A stretch of 57,621 nucleotides of DNA, from the NCBI GenBank assembly GCA_022773305.1, contig JALFAW010000309.1:1-57621 (forward strand). Direction: 5' to 3'. The position numbers were made by a program, and so were the translations under genes. Numbering within the stretch: position 1 is the first letter of the stretch; the number at the start of each line of letters is the position of its first letter. Below, piece by piece: positions 1-8,123 of this stretch. Origin of the DNA: Spirochaetia bacterium. GTDB taxonomy: Bacteria > Spirochaetota > Spirochaetia > Treponematales > Treponemataceae. Below the pieces are notes generated by a model that saw only the letters and a program-made list of their open reading frames with translations, had not been told where the DNA came from and ran no database searches.

Positions 1-1379
1 GAAGCTAAAGAAAGTAATTCTTCATCAATTTGTGTTCCTGTTCCTCCAATCTGATTTTGATTTTGTGCATCTAAAAGAATTCTTGGTTCACCAAGTTTTG
101 CAAGTTCATCAAGCTTTTTTAAGTCTTCTTTAGAATTGAGATTTACAGCACAATAATGTGGAATATTTGAAAGTTCTTTGTTAGTACAGAATTTTAATGC
201 TGAATCAAAAGTATGAACTTGAATTGCGTCCAAAATACCACTTTCTACAAGTGAAATAGCATTTTTTGTTTCTAAACAGTTAATGTCAGTATCTACAATA
301 ACTCCAGCAAACAAAGGTATTTTTGAAATATTACCATTTTGTAACTGATTTTTAAGACTTTCTTTGATTTCGATAACTTTTTTTGCATCAATATTTCGCT
401 TCGATTTATTCCAAAAAATAAATCCCAAAATGTCTGCACCATTTTGTGTGGCAATTAACGCATCTTTTTCATTTGTAATCCCGCATATTTTTAAAATCGG
501 TTTTGTTTTTGAATCTTGAAGTGTAGTAATTTTTTGCCAGAATTGTTTACTTTTATTTTCCTGCGAATTTTCAAATGCTTTAATAAATTGTTCCGCTAGA
601 TTTGGTTCTTTTGTAGCAGCTTCGCCAAGTAAAATTGCATGAAACCCCAGATTACGGGCAAAACCAGCACTTTTTGCACTTAAAATTCCACTTTCAAAAG
701 TTATTCTTGCATCTTCACTTAATGATTTAATTTTTGAATACATTTTCACAGGAATGAGCATATCTATGGAAAAATCTTTTAAATCACGACTGTTTACTCC
801 GCAAAGAATGTTATTATGGTCAACATTTTGAAGGATAAGAGCAAGTTTTTCTAAATCTTCCTGGCAACGAACTTCAATAAGCATGCTTAAACCTAAAGCT
901 TTAGCTTTTTGTGCCATTTCTAGCATTTGATTTGAAGAAAGAATTCTTGCTATCAACAAAACAGCATCTGCTCCAGCCCTATAAGATATTTCAATATCTT
1001 CAGTACAGGTCAAAAAATCTTTTCGCAGAACAGCTGGCGGATTTTTACCAGTTTCTTTTTCAAAATCATCTGCAGCACGACAGACATTCATCAAATCACC
1101 AAGATTTCCTTTGAAATAATTCATTTCTGTAAGACAGCTTATTGCTTTTGCACCAGCATTTGCATAAGTTTTTGCTGTCTTATATGAATCAAGATTGATA
1201 GCAATATCACCTTTGCTCGGAGATGCCCTTTTTACTTCCAAAATAACACCTTTTTCAAGCAAAAAAGGATGAATTCTTCTTGTTCTATTCTGTGGAATTT
1301 CAAAACCAAAATCAAATCCTTTTGATTTTATATCTAGGTTTCGCCTCTCAATTATTTCACTTAAAATATCGTCTGCCAT
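1..1379 (-). CDS. trpCF: Bifunctional indole-3-glycerol-phosphate synthase / phosphoribosylanthranilate isomerase (TrpC-TrpF fusion), 3' end outside window
   Basis: Not in ORF track because it runs off the edge. Manual translation from ATG 1379 gives MADDILSEII..ILEVKRASPSKG..VLRKDF..GVNSRDL..FESGI (TrpC), then LKICGIT..GADILGFIF..ILLDA..GGTG (TrpF), with no stop seen. Lies directly after trpGD. Confidence 0.93.
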   Translation of the reverse strand, partial: MADDILSEIIERRNLDIKSKGFDFGFEIPQNRTRRIHPFLLEKGVILEVKRASPSKGDIAINLDSYKTAKTYANAGAKAISCLTEMNYFKGNLGDLMNVCRAADDFEKETGKNPPAVLRKDFLTCTEDIEISYRAGADAVLLIARILSSNQMLEMAQKAKALGLSMLIEVRCQEDLEKLALILQNVDHNNILCGVNSRDLKDFSIDMLIPVKMYSKIKSLSEDARITFESGILSAKSAGFARNLGFHAILLGEAATKEPNLAEQFIKAFENSQENKSKQFWQKITTLQDSKTKPILKICGITNEKDALIATQNGADILGFIFWNKSKRNIDAKKVIEIKESLKNQLQNGNISKIPLFAGVIVDTDINCLETKNAISLVESGILDAIQVHTFDSALKFCTNKELSNIPHYCAVNLNSKEDLKKLDELAKLGEPRILLDAQNQNQIGGTGTQIDEELLSLA

Positions 1380-1382
1380 AAT

Positions 1383-2981
1383 TTATAACTCGCTTGAGAT
1401 TTTTTGAATTTCTTTAAGTTTTTCAAGTGCTTTTCCACTTTCAATAGAAGAAATTGCCATTGCGTAACCATCTTTGAGAGTTCTTGTTTTTCCTGAAAGA
1501 TACAAAACTGCGGCTGTGTTTAGTGCAACAGCTTGTTTTATAGTATTTTTTCCTTTACCTTCCAGAACATCCATAGCAAGACTGGCATTTTCTTTTCCGT
1601 TTCCACCAATAAGTTCATTTTCAAGACAACCACTTATTCCAAAATTTTCTGGTTTTATTACATATTGATTTTCGTTTCCTTTTTCATCTATCTGATAAAC
1701 ATTTGTAGGAACAATTGGACTTATTTCGTCATATCCGTCTTGTGAACATACAACCATAACTCTTTTTGCTCCTAAAGCTTTTGCAGTTCTTGCGTAATCT
1801 TTTAAAAGTTTTGGACTGTAAACTCCGAGCACTTCATATTCAGCTCCAGCTGGATTTAAAAGCGGTCCTAAAACATTCATAATTGTTTTTATTCCAAGAA
1901 CTTTTCTTACTGGAGCTGCAAAACGCATTGCAGAATGGTAAACTGGTGCCATCAAAAAACCAAAGCCAGTTTTTTCTATTAATTTTGCAGTTTTTTCAGG
2001 TGATGCCATTATGTTTATTCCAAGATTTTCATAAAAATCAGCTGCTCCAGATTTTGATGAAACTGCTCTGTTTCCATGTTTTGCCATTTTCTGGCCACAA
2101 CTTGCAGCAACGATTGCAGACATTGAAGAAATGTTAAAACTTCCTTTTCCATCTCCACCAGTACCCACAATTTCTGCAAGCCCGCGACTATCAACTGGAA
2201 TATCTTTCTTCTTTTTAAGTAAAGTTTGCGCACATCCTGTCATTTCACTTACAGAAAATCCTTTTGCAGCCATTGCAACAAGAATTGCAGACATTGCCCT
2301 TTCGTCCATAGAACCGTCAGTTACATTATCCATAAAAAATGCTGCCTGTTCTTGTGTCAAATCTTTTTTATCTATAAGTTGTGTTAAATATGCTTTGACA
2401 TCGATGTTTTCTCTTCTATAATTAATGAAATTTGATAAAAGCTGTTTTCCCGCTTCACAGGCAATGCTTTCTGGATGAAACTGAATTCCTTCAATCGGAA
2501 GTGTTTTATGTCTCACTCCCATAATATCCCCATCCAAAGCTCTTGCTGTAATTTCAAAATCATCACTTAATGTCTGTTCATCGGCAACAAGACTATGATA
2601 TCTTGTAAACTTTGCTGAATTTCCTATTGTTCTAAAAAGACCTTTTCCATCAAGTTTTATTTCTTCAACAATTCCGTGTTTTATATATTTTGCCTGAACA
2701 ATTCTTGCTCCAAACGCTTCGCAGATTGCCTGATGCCCAAGACAAATTCCCAGAATTGGAATTTTTCCTGCAAAATATTTGATGGCATCTTCGCAAATTC
2801 CAGCTTGATAAGGTGAACCAGGACCTGGCGAAACAATCAGATATTTGGGATTCATTTCTGCAAGCTGTTCCACTGAACATTCATCATTTCTGACAACTTT
2901 GATTTGTTTGTCTGTAACTGTTTGAAGTATTTGTATTACATTAAATGTAAAAGAATCATAATTATCTATAACTAAAATCAT
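1383..2981 (-). CDS. trpGD: Anthranilate synthase glutamine amidotransferase / anthranilate phosphoribosyltransferase fusion
   Basis: N-terminal IDNYDSFT, SPGPG, GICLGHQ, RYHSL, QFHPES (TrpG); C-terminal GTGGDG, KHGNRAVSSKSGAAD, GPLLNP, DGYDEIS (TrpD). Confidence 0.96.
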   Translation of the reverse strand: MILVIDNYDSFTFNVIQILQTVTDKQIKVVRNDECSVEQLAEMNPKYLIVSPGPGSPYQAGICEDAIKYFAGKIPILGICLGHQAICEAFGARIVQAKYIKHGIVEEIKLDGKGLFRTIGNSAKFTRYHSLVADEQTLSDDFEITARALDGDIMGVRHKTLPIEGIQFHPESIACEAGKQLLSNFINYRRENIDVKAYLTQLIDKKDLTQEQAAFFMDNVTDGSMDERAMSAILVAMAAKGFSVSEMTGCAQTLLKKKKDIPVDSRGLAEIVGTGGDGKGSFNISSMSAIVAASCGQKMAKHGNRAVSSKSGAADFYENLGINIMASPEKTAKLIEKTGFGFLMAPVYHSAMRFAAPVRKVLGIKTIMNVLGPLLNPAGAEYEVLGVYSPKLLKDYARTAKALGAKRVMVVCSQDGYDEISPIVPTNVYQIDEKGNENQYVIKPENFGISGCLENELIGGNGKENASLAMDVLEGKGKNTIKQAVALNTAAVLYLSGKTRTLKDGYAMAISSIESGKALEKLKEIQKISSEL

Positions 2982-3046
2982 CTTATTTTCTCCAATTTTA
3001 TAAAGATAAAAAGGCGCGAAATTTCAGTGTTTTTCTTACATTCCGT

Positions 3047-4492
3047 TTATTTTGTAAGTGTATCAACTAATGCACCTAGTTTTTCACAAGTTTCTGTAAA
3101 TTCCCGTTCTGGATTTGAATCATATACAATACCTCCACCTGCCTGAAGGTTCCAGATGTTTCCTTTTTTTAAAGTACAGCGGATTGCAATACAAAAATCC
3201 AAATCCCCATTTGTCTGAATGTATCCAACTGCTCCTGCATAAAATCTGCGTTTTGTTTTTTCAAGTCCACTTAAAATCTGCATTGCACTAATCTTTGGAG
3301 CACCACTTACAGTTCCTGCAGGAAATGATGCTCTTAAAACTTGAATCGGTTTTACATCATCACGAACAAGACCTTCTGTACTACTTACAAGATGAATTAC
3401 ATGGCTGAAAAGTTCGCAATCCATATATTGAGGAACACTTACTGAACCACTTTTACAAACTCGTCCCAAATCATTTCTGGCAAGGTCTACAAGCATCAGA
3501 TGTTCAGCCTGCTCTTTTGGATTTGATTTTAATTCTTTTTTAAGAATTTCATCTTCTTCATCATTTTTACCACGATGAATTGTACCAGCAATTGGATGAA
3601 TAGTTGCTTTTCCACGACGAACACGAACAAGACTTTCTGGGGAAGCTCCTGTGAATTGAAAATCACCAAAGTTTATATAGAAAAGATAAGGGGAAGGATT
3701 TACTTTTCTAAGTTTTCCATAGACTGTAAGTGCATCTACATCACATTCAATTTGAATTCTTCTTGATGGAACTGCCTGAATAATATCACCAGCAACTATG
3801 TGTTTTTTTAATGCGTTGACTTTGTCGATATATTCTTTTTTTGACTGTTCCAAATCAGTAACCATTTTATAGTCAAATGTCTGATTTTCTTCTTCAACAT
3901 AAGAAAAATCCATATCATTCATACGTTTTAGAAGTTTATCCATAGCTTTATTTAAGTCTATCTGATGTTCATTATAATTCAACCCAAAAATGTGAATTTC
4001 TTCTGTATAATGATCAAAAACAATGTAAATATGTCCTGCAATAAACTCACTTTCTGGAATTTCTAGTTCATCTTTCTGTTCAAAAAATTTAATATTATCA
4101 CAGTGTTTTGCAAATTCATAACTTAAATATCCTAATCCAGAAGCTGGTAATGGAATTTCACTTAAATTTCCTTGTGGTGTTGGATTTTCAGAGGCCACAT
4201 AAAGAAGAGCATCAAGAATATCACAGTTTTTTGTTCTGCCTAAAGCATCTTTACTTTCAATATTTTTTTTGTCAAAAGGGATTTTTTTTCCTTCAACTTC
4301 AAAATAAATTTGATCTTGATTTTGAATAGTTTTAAAAGCTATTTCAGTCATTAATATTGAATATCTTTCCCTGCCCTTTTGAAAACTTGCAGATTCAAGA
4401 ATTCCAATTGCTCCTATTTTTTTTGCAAGTAAATAAGGTGTGTATCGTGAATTAGAAATACATTTATAGATTGAATCATTTCTTTTTTCCAT
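3047..4492 (-). CDS. trpE: Anthranilate synthase component I
   Basis: ILESAS, NPSPY, GASPESL, PIAGT, EHLMLVDLARND, FPAGTVSGAPK, QAGGGIV motifs; first gene of the trp operon. Confidence 0.95.
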   Translation of the reverse strand: MEKRNDSIYKCISNSRYTPYLLAKKIGAIGILESASFQKGRERYSILMTEIAFKTIQNQDQIYFEVEGKKIPFDKKNIESKDALGRTKNCDILDALLYVASENPTPQGNLSEIPLPASGLGYLSYEFAKHCDNIKFFEQKDELEIPESEFIAGHIYIVFDHYTEEIHIFGLNYNEHQIDLNKAMDKLLKRMNDMDFSYVEEENQTFDYKMVTDLEQSKKEYIDKVNALKKHIVAGDIIQAVPSRRIQIECDVDALTVYGKLRKVNPSPYLFYINFGDFQFTGASPESLVRVRRGKATIHPIAGTIHRGKNDEEDEILKKELKSNPKEQAEHLMLVDLARNDLGRVCKSGSVSVPQYMDCELFSHVIHLVSSTEGLVRDDVKPIQVLRASFPAGTVSGAPKISAMQILSGLEKTKRRFYAGAVGYIQTNGDLDFCIAIRCTLKKGNIWNLQAGGGIVYDSNPEREFTETCEKLGALVDTLTK

Positions 4493-4525
4493 TGATTTCC
4501 TCTTTGTTTTGTTTCTATATATAGT

Positions 4526-4554
4526 AATATAAATTATAATTTTGTATCTGTCAA
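4526..4554 (-). promoter_or_regulatory. Putative sigma70 promoter of the trp operon
   Basis: Minus strand TTGACA (4554-4549), 17 bp spacer, TATATT (4531-4526), followed by a GAGG RBS and the trpE ATG. Confidence 0.6.
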
Positions 4555-4628
4555 TAGAAACATTATAAATTTATAAATTTTTTAATTTATTTTGAAACTT
4601 TTTTGAACTTATTGTGTCTAATAATGTA

Positions 4629-4808
4629 AATAGGTTCAATTTCGAGTTTTTTAATTTTAAACAGTGGCAAGGATTGTAAGGGCTGGCGTAGCCAGTTCCG
4701 AAGCGTAGCGAAGGAATGAAGCGATAGCGAAACCCTGAAAAGCCTGATTTTTGCGAAGCAAAAAGCCACCCTAAAAATAAAAATTCAAAACTCGAAATTG
4801 AACCTATT
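4629..4808. mobile_element. MITE-like / REP-like non-autonomous element, copy A (intact)
   Basis: Perfect 22-bp inverted termini AATAGGTTCAATTTCGAGTTTT (4629-4650) / AAAACTCGAAATTGAACCTATT (4787-4808); GC-richer structured core; near-identical inverted copy at 11872-12041. Confidence 0.85.
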
Positions 4809-4946
4809 AAATATAAATTTAATTTGCACGAAAAGTTTATAAAACGTGATTTGTTGTGGAAATTAAAAAACATGAATAATTATTAAAAAAGATAACTGGA
4901 TATAAATTATAAAGGAATTACATTTTATTATATGTGAGGTAAAATA

Positions 4947-5708
4947 ATGAATGAAAATATCAAAAGAGATAAAAACGAAATCACAAAAAAAGTAAAAATC
5001 ATGTTCGGACAATGTGGTTACAATGGTAGAATACATCTTGAACAAGTAATGCAATATTGTGCAGATTTAGTTACGGATTTGTATACACAAAATGGTCAAA
5101 GCCGGGCTTTTTTGAATTCCCACGGTTATATTCAAATGGTTTCAAGAACAAGTATTCACATTAACAGACTTCCTTGTGAAAATGAAGAAATCATTATTAC
5201 GGTTAGGGAAGAAAAACCTGAAGGGTTTCAAATGATGAGATATTATAACTTTTCAAATGTAAACAACGAAACTTTAATAGAAGGAAAAAGCCTTTGGGTA
5301 ATTGTAAAACCAGTTTCTCGCGAAATAGTAAGTCCAGATAAATTTGAATTTTGTATAAAGTCAGATTATCAAACACCTTTTGAAAGAAAACCTGGAAAAA
5401 TTCGTTTTTCATCCGATTTATTGCAATATCTTGGGGAACAAAAGATTTTACTTTCTCATTTGGATTCAAACGGTCATTTGACAAATTCAAGATACATTAA
5501 TTTTGCTCTTGATTTTCTTCCTGAAAATTATCAAGAAAAAAACATCACTGATTTTAAATTAAATTTTTGCAAAGAGATAAAAAAAGGCGAAACAATGTAT
5601 ATTTATGCTATTTTTGATGATAATTCAAAAAAAATACTAGTTGCAGGAAAACATCAAAATGATGTAAAATCTGAAAGTTCATTTGAATGTGAATTAATAT
5701 ATAAATAA
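4947..5708 (+). CDS. Acyl-ACP thioesterase (double hot-dog, FatA/B-like)
   Basis: C-terminal catalytic-type motif HLDSNGHLTNSRY; length ~250 aa; GAGG RBS. Confidence 0.85.
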   Translation: MNENIKRDKNEITKKVKIMFGQCGYNGRIHLEQVMQYCADLVTDLYTQNGQSRAFLNSHGYIQMVSRTSIHINRLPCENEEIIITVREEKPEGFQMMRYYNFSNVNNETLIEGKSLWVIVKPVSREIVSPDKFEFCIKSDYQTPFERKPGKIRFSSDLLQYLGEQKILLSHLDSNGHLTNSRYINFALDFLPENYQEKNITDFKLNFCKEIKKGETMYIYAIFDDNSKKILVAGKHQNDVKSESSFECELIYK

Positions 5709-5739
5709 AATTTTGATTTAAAAAAAATAAAAAAAGAGT

Positions 5740-5953
5740 GTAAGATAAAACCGCTGAAATAGCGCGGCTTTATCTTGCCTAAAGTTTGCGTTGCAAACTT
5801 ATTATTCAGGGGTTAATACACCCCCTGAAAACGAGCGAGTCAAGGCCTTGAGCGAAGCGTGCCTTGACCGGTTGTATTGAACTGCTGTTCCTCATTTCAT
5901 TACGGAACAGCGTAAAAAGTCAATCGATTGTTGAAACAATCTTCCTGACTTTT
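5740..5953. other. Multi-hairpin structured intergenic element (dispersed repeat, cis-regulatory RNA or sRNA)
   Basis: Six consecutive inverted repeats read directly at 5740-5778, 5782-5800, 5805-5829, 5839-5868, 5884-5911 and 5915-5953; GC content clearly above the flanks. Confidence 0.7.
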
Positions 5954-5971
5954 CATAGGAGATTTAAAAAT

Positions 5972-6304
5972 ATGACACCAGTTTGTCCTGCTGCTCAGGT
6001 AATAGTAGCATTAATTCCTATTGTTGGAATCACTTTTGCAGCAATTGTGATTTTTTTTGGATTGTTATGGAAACATAGGGAAATAAAAATGAGAATTTCA
6101 AAAGACGAATATACTCCGCAAGTTTTTAATTGGAAAATATTTTCACTATTTGCAGGTTTATGTTTAGTTGGAGTTGGTTTTGCGATTACCATTCTGTTTT
6201 TTCTCATTTCAGGTTTTACTTATGGACTTTTAGGAGGTCTGATTCCTTTTATACTTGGCATCATGTTTTTGATTTTTTATAAGATAATCTCAAATGAAAA
6301 ATAA
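5972..6304 (+). CDS. Small 3-TM membrane protein, first gene of the ECF sigma operon
   Basis: ATG 5972 preceded by AGGAGA RBS (the ORF-track TTG at 5864 lies in the hairpin element); three hydrophobic segments; overlaps the sigma start. Confidence 0.8.
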   Translation: MTPVCPAAQVIVALIPIVGITFAAIVIFFGLLWKHREIKMRISKDEYTPQVFNWKIFSLFAGLCLVGVGFAITILFFLISGFTYGLLGGLIPFILGIMFLIFYKIISNEK

Positions 6305-6875
6305 AATCACAAAATCAATAGAAAAAATTGTTGATTTTTCTGTTGAGAAAATTATTGTCAAAGAAGCTATTGCTCAAAATTCCGTAGCTTTTTCACAATT
6401 GATTTTTTTGTACAAAAAAAGAATTGTTGCAGTAGGACGACGATTTTTTAAAAATCAAAATGACATTGATGATTTTTTACAGGAAGTTTTTATAAAAATA
6501 TATGAAAATTTAAAAAGTTTTCAAGGAAACAGTAAGTTTTCAACATGGATAACAAGAATTGCATATAACACTGCAATTAATTTTAAGACAAGAACAAAAA
6601 AAAGTGAAAGTCTTTGTGAAGAAACGCAGGCAAATCTTGTATCAATTTATGAAACACCTGAAGAGACCCAACTAAAAAAAATAACAAAAGAAGCAATTAA
6701 TAACGCTGTGAAACAGTTACCAGAATATTATGAAAAATGCATAGAATTGTATTTTTATAATAATATGAGTTATGAAGAGATTGCTAAAACTACAGACATT
6801 CCTTTAAATACTGTGAAGACATATATTTTTCGTGCAAAAAAGGAATTATATCAAATACTAAAGGAAATAATATGA
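6294..6875 (+). CDS. ECF-family RNA polymerase sigma factor (RpoE/SigW-like)
   Basis: Region 2 DDFLQEVFIKIY..F.G.SKFSTWITRIAYN and region 4 SYEEIA..IPLNTVKTYIFRAK; 193 aa. Confidence 0.93.
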   Translation: MKNKITKSIEKIVDFSVEKIIVKEAIAQNSVAFSQLIFLYKKRIVAVGRRFFKNQNDIDDFLQEVFIKIYENLKSFQGNSKFSTWITRIAYNTAINFKTRTKKSESLCEETQANLVSIYETPEETQLKKITKEAINNAVKQLPEYYEKCIELYFYNNMSYEEIAKTTDIPLNTVKTYIFRAKKELYQILKEII

Positions 6876-7333
6876 AACTAAATTGCGAAGATTTTATGGA
6901 AAAATATCTTTCACTTGATAAAAATGAATTTCTGTCTTTTGATATGATTTTTCATTTATTATTTTGTGAAGAATGTAGAACAATTGTACGAAGTTTTTCC
7001 AAAGCAGAAAAAATTGTCTATCATACTGAAAAAAAGAACTGTTATCAAACCTGTAAAAGTTCAATTAATAATTTTGAAATCTTACAAAGCATATACAAAG
7101 ATAAAATGAAAATTCATAAAATTCATATTTTTAATTGGATTTTTATAGGTGTTATTCTTTTAATTTGTATGATTTTTTGCTCGATTTTTATGAATAGATA
7201 TATTCCGCAGATGCAAAATGTTTGGTTTGTTTTTGTTGCAGCAGTCATTTGTACTTATTGCGTAATTTTTGTTGGGATGAATATGGATTTTTTTATAAAA
7301 TTAACTGACACACATAATATATCTATTCAATAG
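6872..7333 (+). CDS. Membrane-anchored zinc-binding anti-sigma factor (zf-HC2/ZAS)
   Basis: N-terminal MKLNCE..HLLFCEEC (HxxxCxxC) and two C-terminal TM helices; ATGA overlap with the sigma gene. Confidence 0.8.
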   Translation: MKLNCEDFMEKYLSLDKNEFLSFDMIFHLLFCEECRTIVRSFSKAEKIVYHTEKKNCYQTCKSSINNFEILQSIYKDKMKIHKIHIFNWIFIGVILLICMIFCSIFMNRYIPQMQNVWFVFVAAVICTYCVIFVGMNMDFFIKLTDTHNISIQ

Positions 7334-7435
7334 AATGAAAATAGTTTAAATTATTTTTAAAGATGTGAAAAAAAATTGACTAAAACAATTACAATTATTA
7401 TTTTAAAAATGTAATTAAATTCAGAGGAGTGATTT

Positions 7436-8104
7436 ATGAAAAAAAAGATTATAGTTTCACTTATTTTTAATTCACTTATTTTTGTATTGGTATTTTTTTG
7501 TTCTTTTTGTGCTTTATTTGATTACAAGTTTATTACAAATCCTTCAATCATCTCTTTTAAGCCATATTTTTCAATTTTTCAATATTTTACTACTGATTCA
7601 AACATTTTTTTGGGAATTGTCAGTGCAGTGATGATGGGATTTGAAATATCTTGTCTTGCAAAAAGAAAATATGAACTTCCAAAATCTATTCTTTTTTTTA
7701 AATTGATTGCAACAACAACTGTAACACTTACAATGCTCACTACAATTTTTTATTTAGCACCAAGAGATCCAGCTGGATATTTTAATAAGTTTCAAGATTC
7801 AAATCTTTTTTTCCACTTTATTGTTCCAGTTTTTGCTTTGATTTCTTTTCTCTGTTTTGAAAAAACAAATAAATTATCAAAAAAAACTCCGTTATTCGCA
7901 ATTATTCCTGTGATTTTGTATGCAACTTATTATGCAATCAATGGCTTTTCCAATGTTCAAAATGGAATTGTTCCTCCGGCTTATGATTTCTATGGATTTT
8001 TTGATGCAGGATTCATTTTTGCAATCATTCTAATTCCATTAATGCTTTTTGTAACTTATCTTATTAGCGTAGTTTTATGGTTTGTTAATAAAAAAGAATT
8101 ATAA
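7436..8104 (+). CDS. Multi-pass membrane protein (Pr6Pr-like)
   Basis: About 6 TM helices; FQYFTTDSN, HFIVP and YDFYGFF motifs resemble the Pr6Pr family; GAGGAG RBS. Confidence 0.6.
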   Translation: MKKKIIVSLIFNSLIFVLVFFCSFCALFDYKFITNPSIISFKPYFSIFQYFTTDSNIFLGIVSAVMMGFEISCLAKRKYELPKSILFFKLIATTTVTLTMLTTIFYLAPRDPAGYFNKFQDSNLFFHFIVPVFALISFLCFEKTNKLSKKTPLFAIIPVILYATYYAINGFSNVQNGIVPPAYDFYGFFDAGFIFAIILIPLMLFVTYLISVVLWFVNKKEL

Positions 8105-8123
8105 TTTTTCAAAATATTATTTT

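Noticed and set aside
4571-4873. ORFs 4571-4873 and 4587-4769 (minus) as small proteins or a trp leader peptide
   Set aside because: They run through the repeat element, have no tandem Trp codons or clear RBS, and lie upstream of the likely trp promoter.
5740-5953. CRISPR array or known riboswitch
   Set aside because: The hairpins differ in sequence (no direct repeats or spacers), there are no cas genes, and I see no recognisable T-box, TPP, SAM, FMN, cobalamin or c-di-GMP consensus.
5864-5971. N-terminal extension of the 3-TM protein from TTG 5864
   Set aside because: Falls inside the hairpin element; ATG 5972 has a clear AGGAGA RBS.
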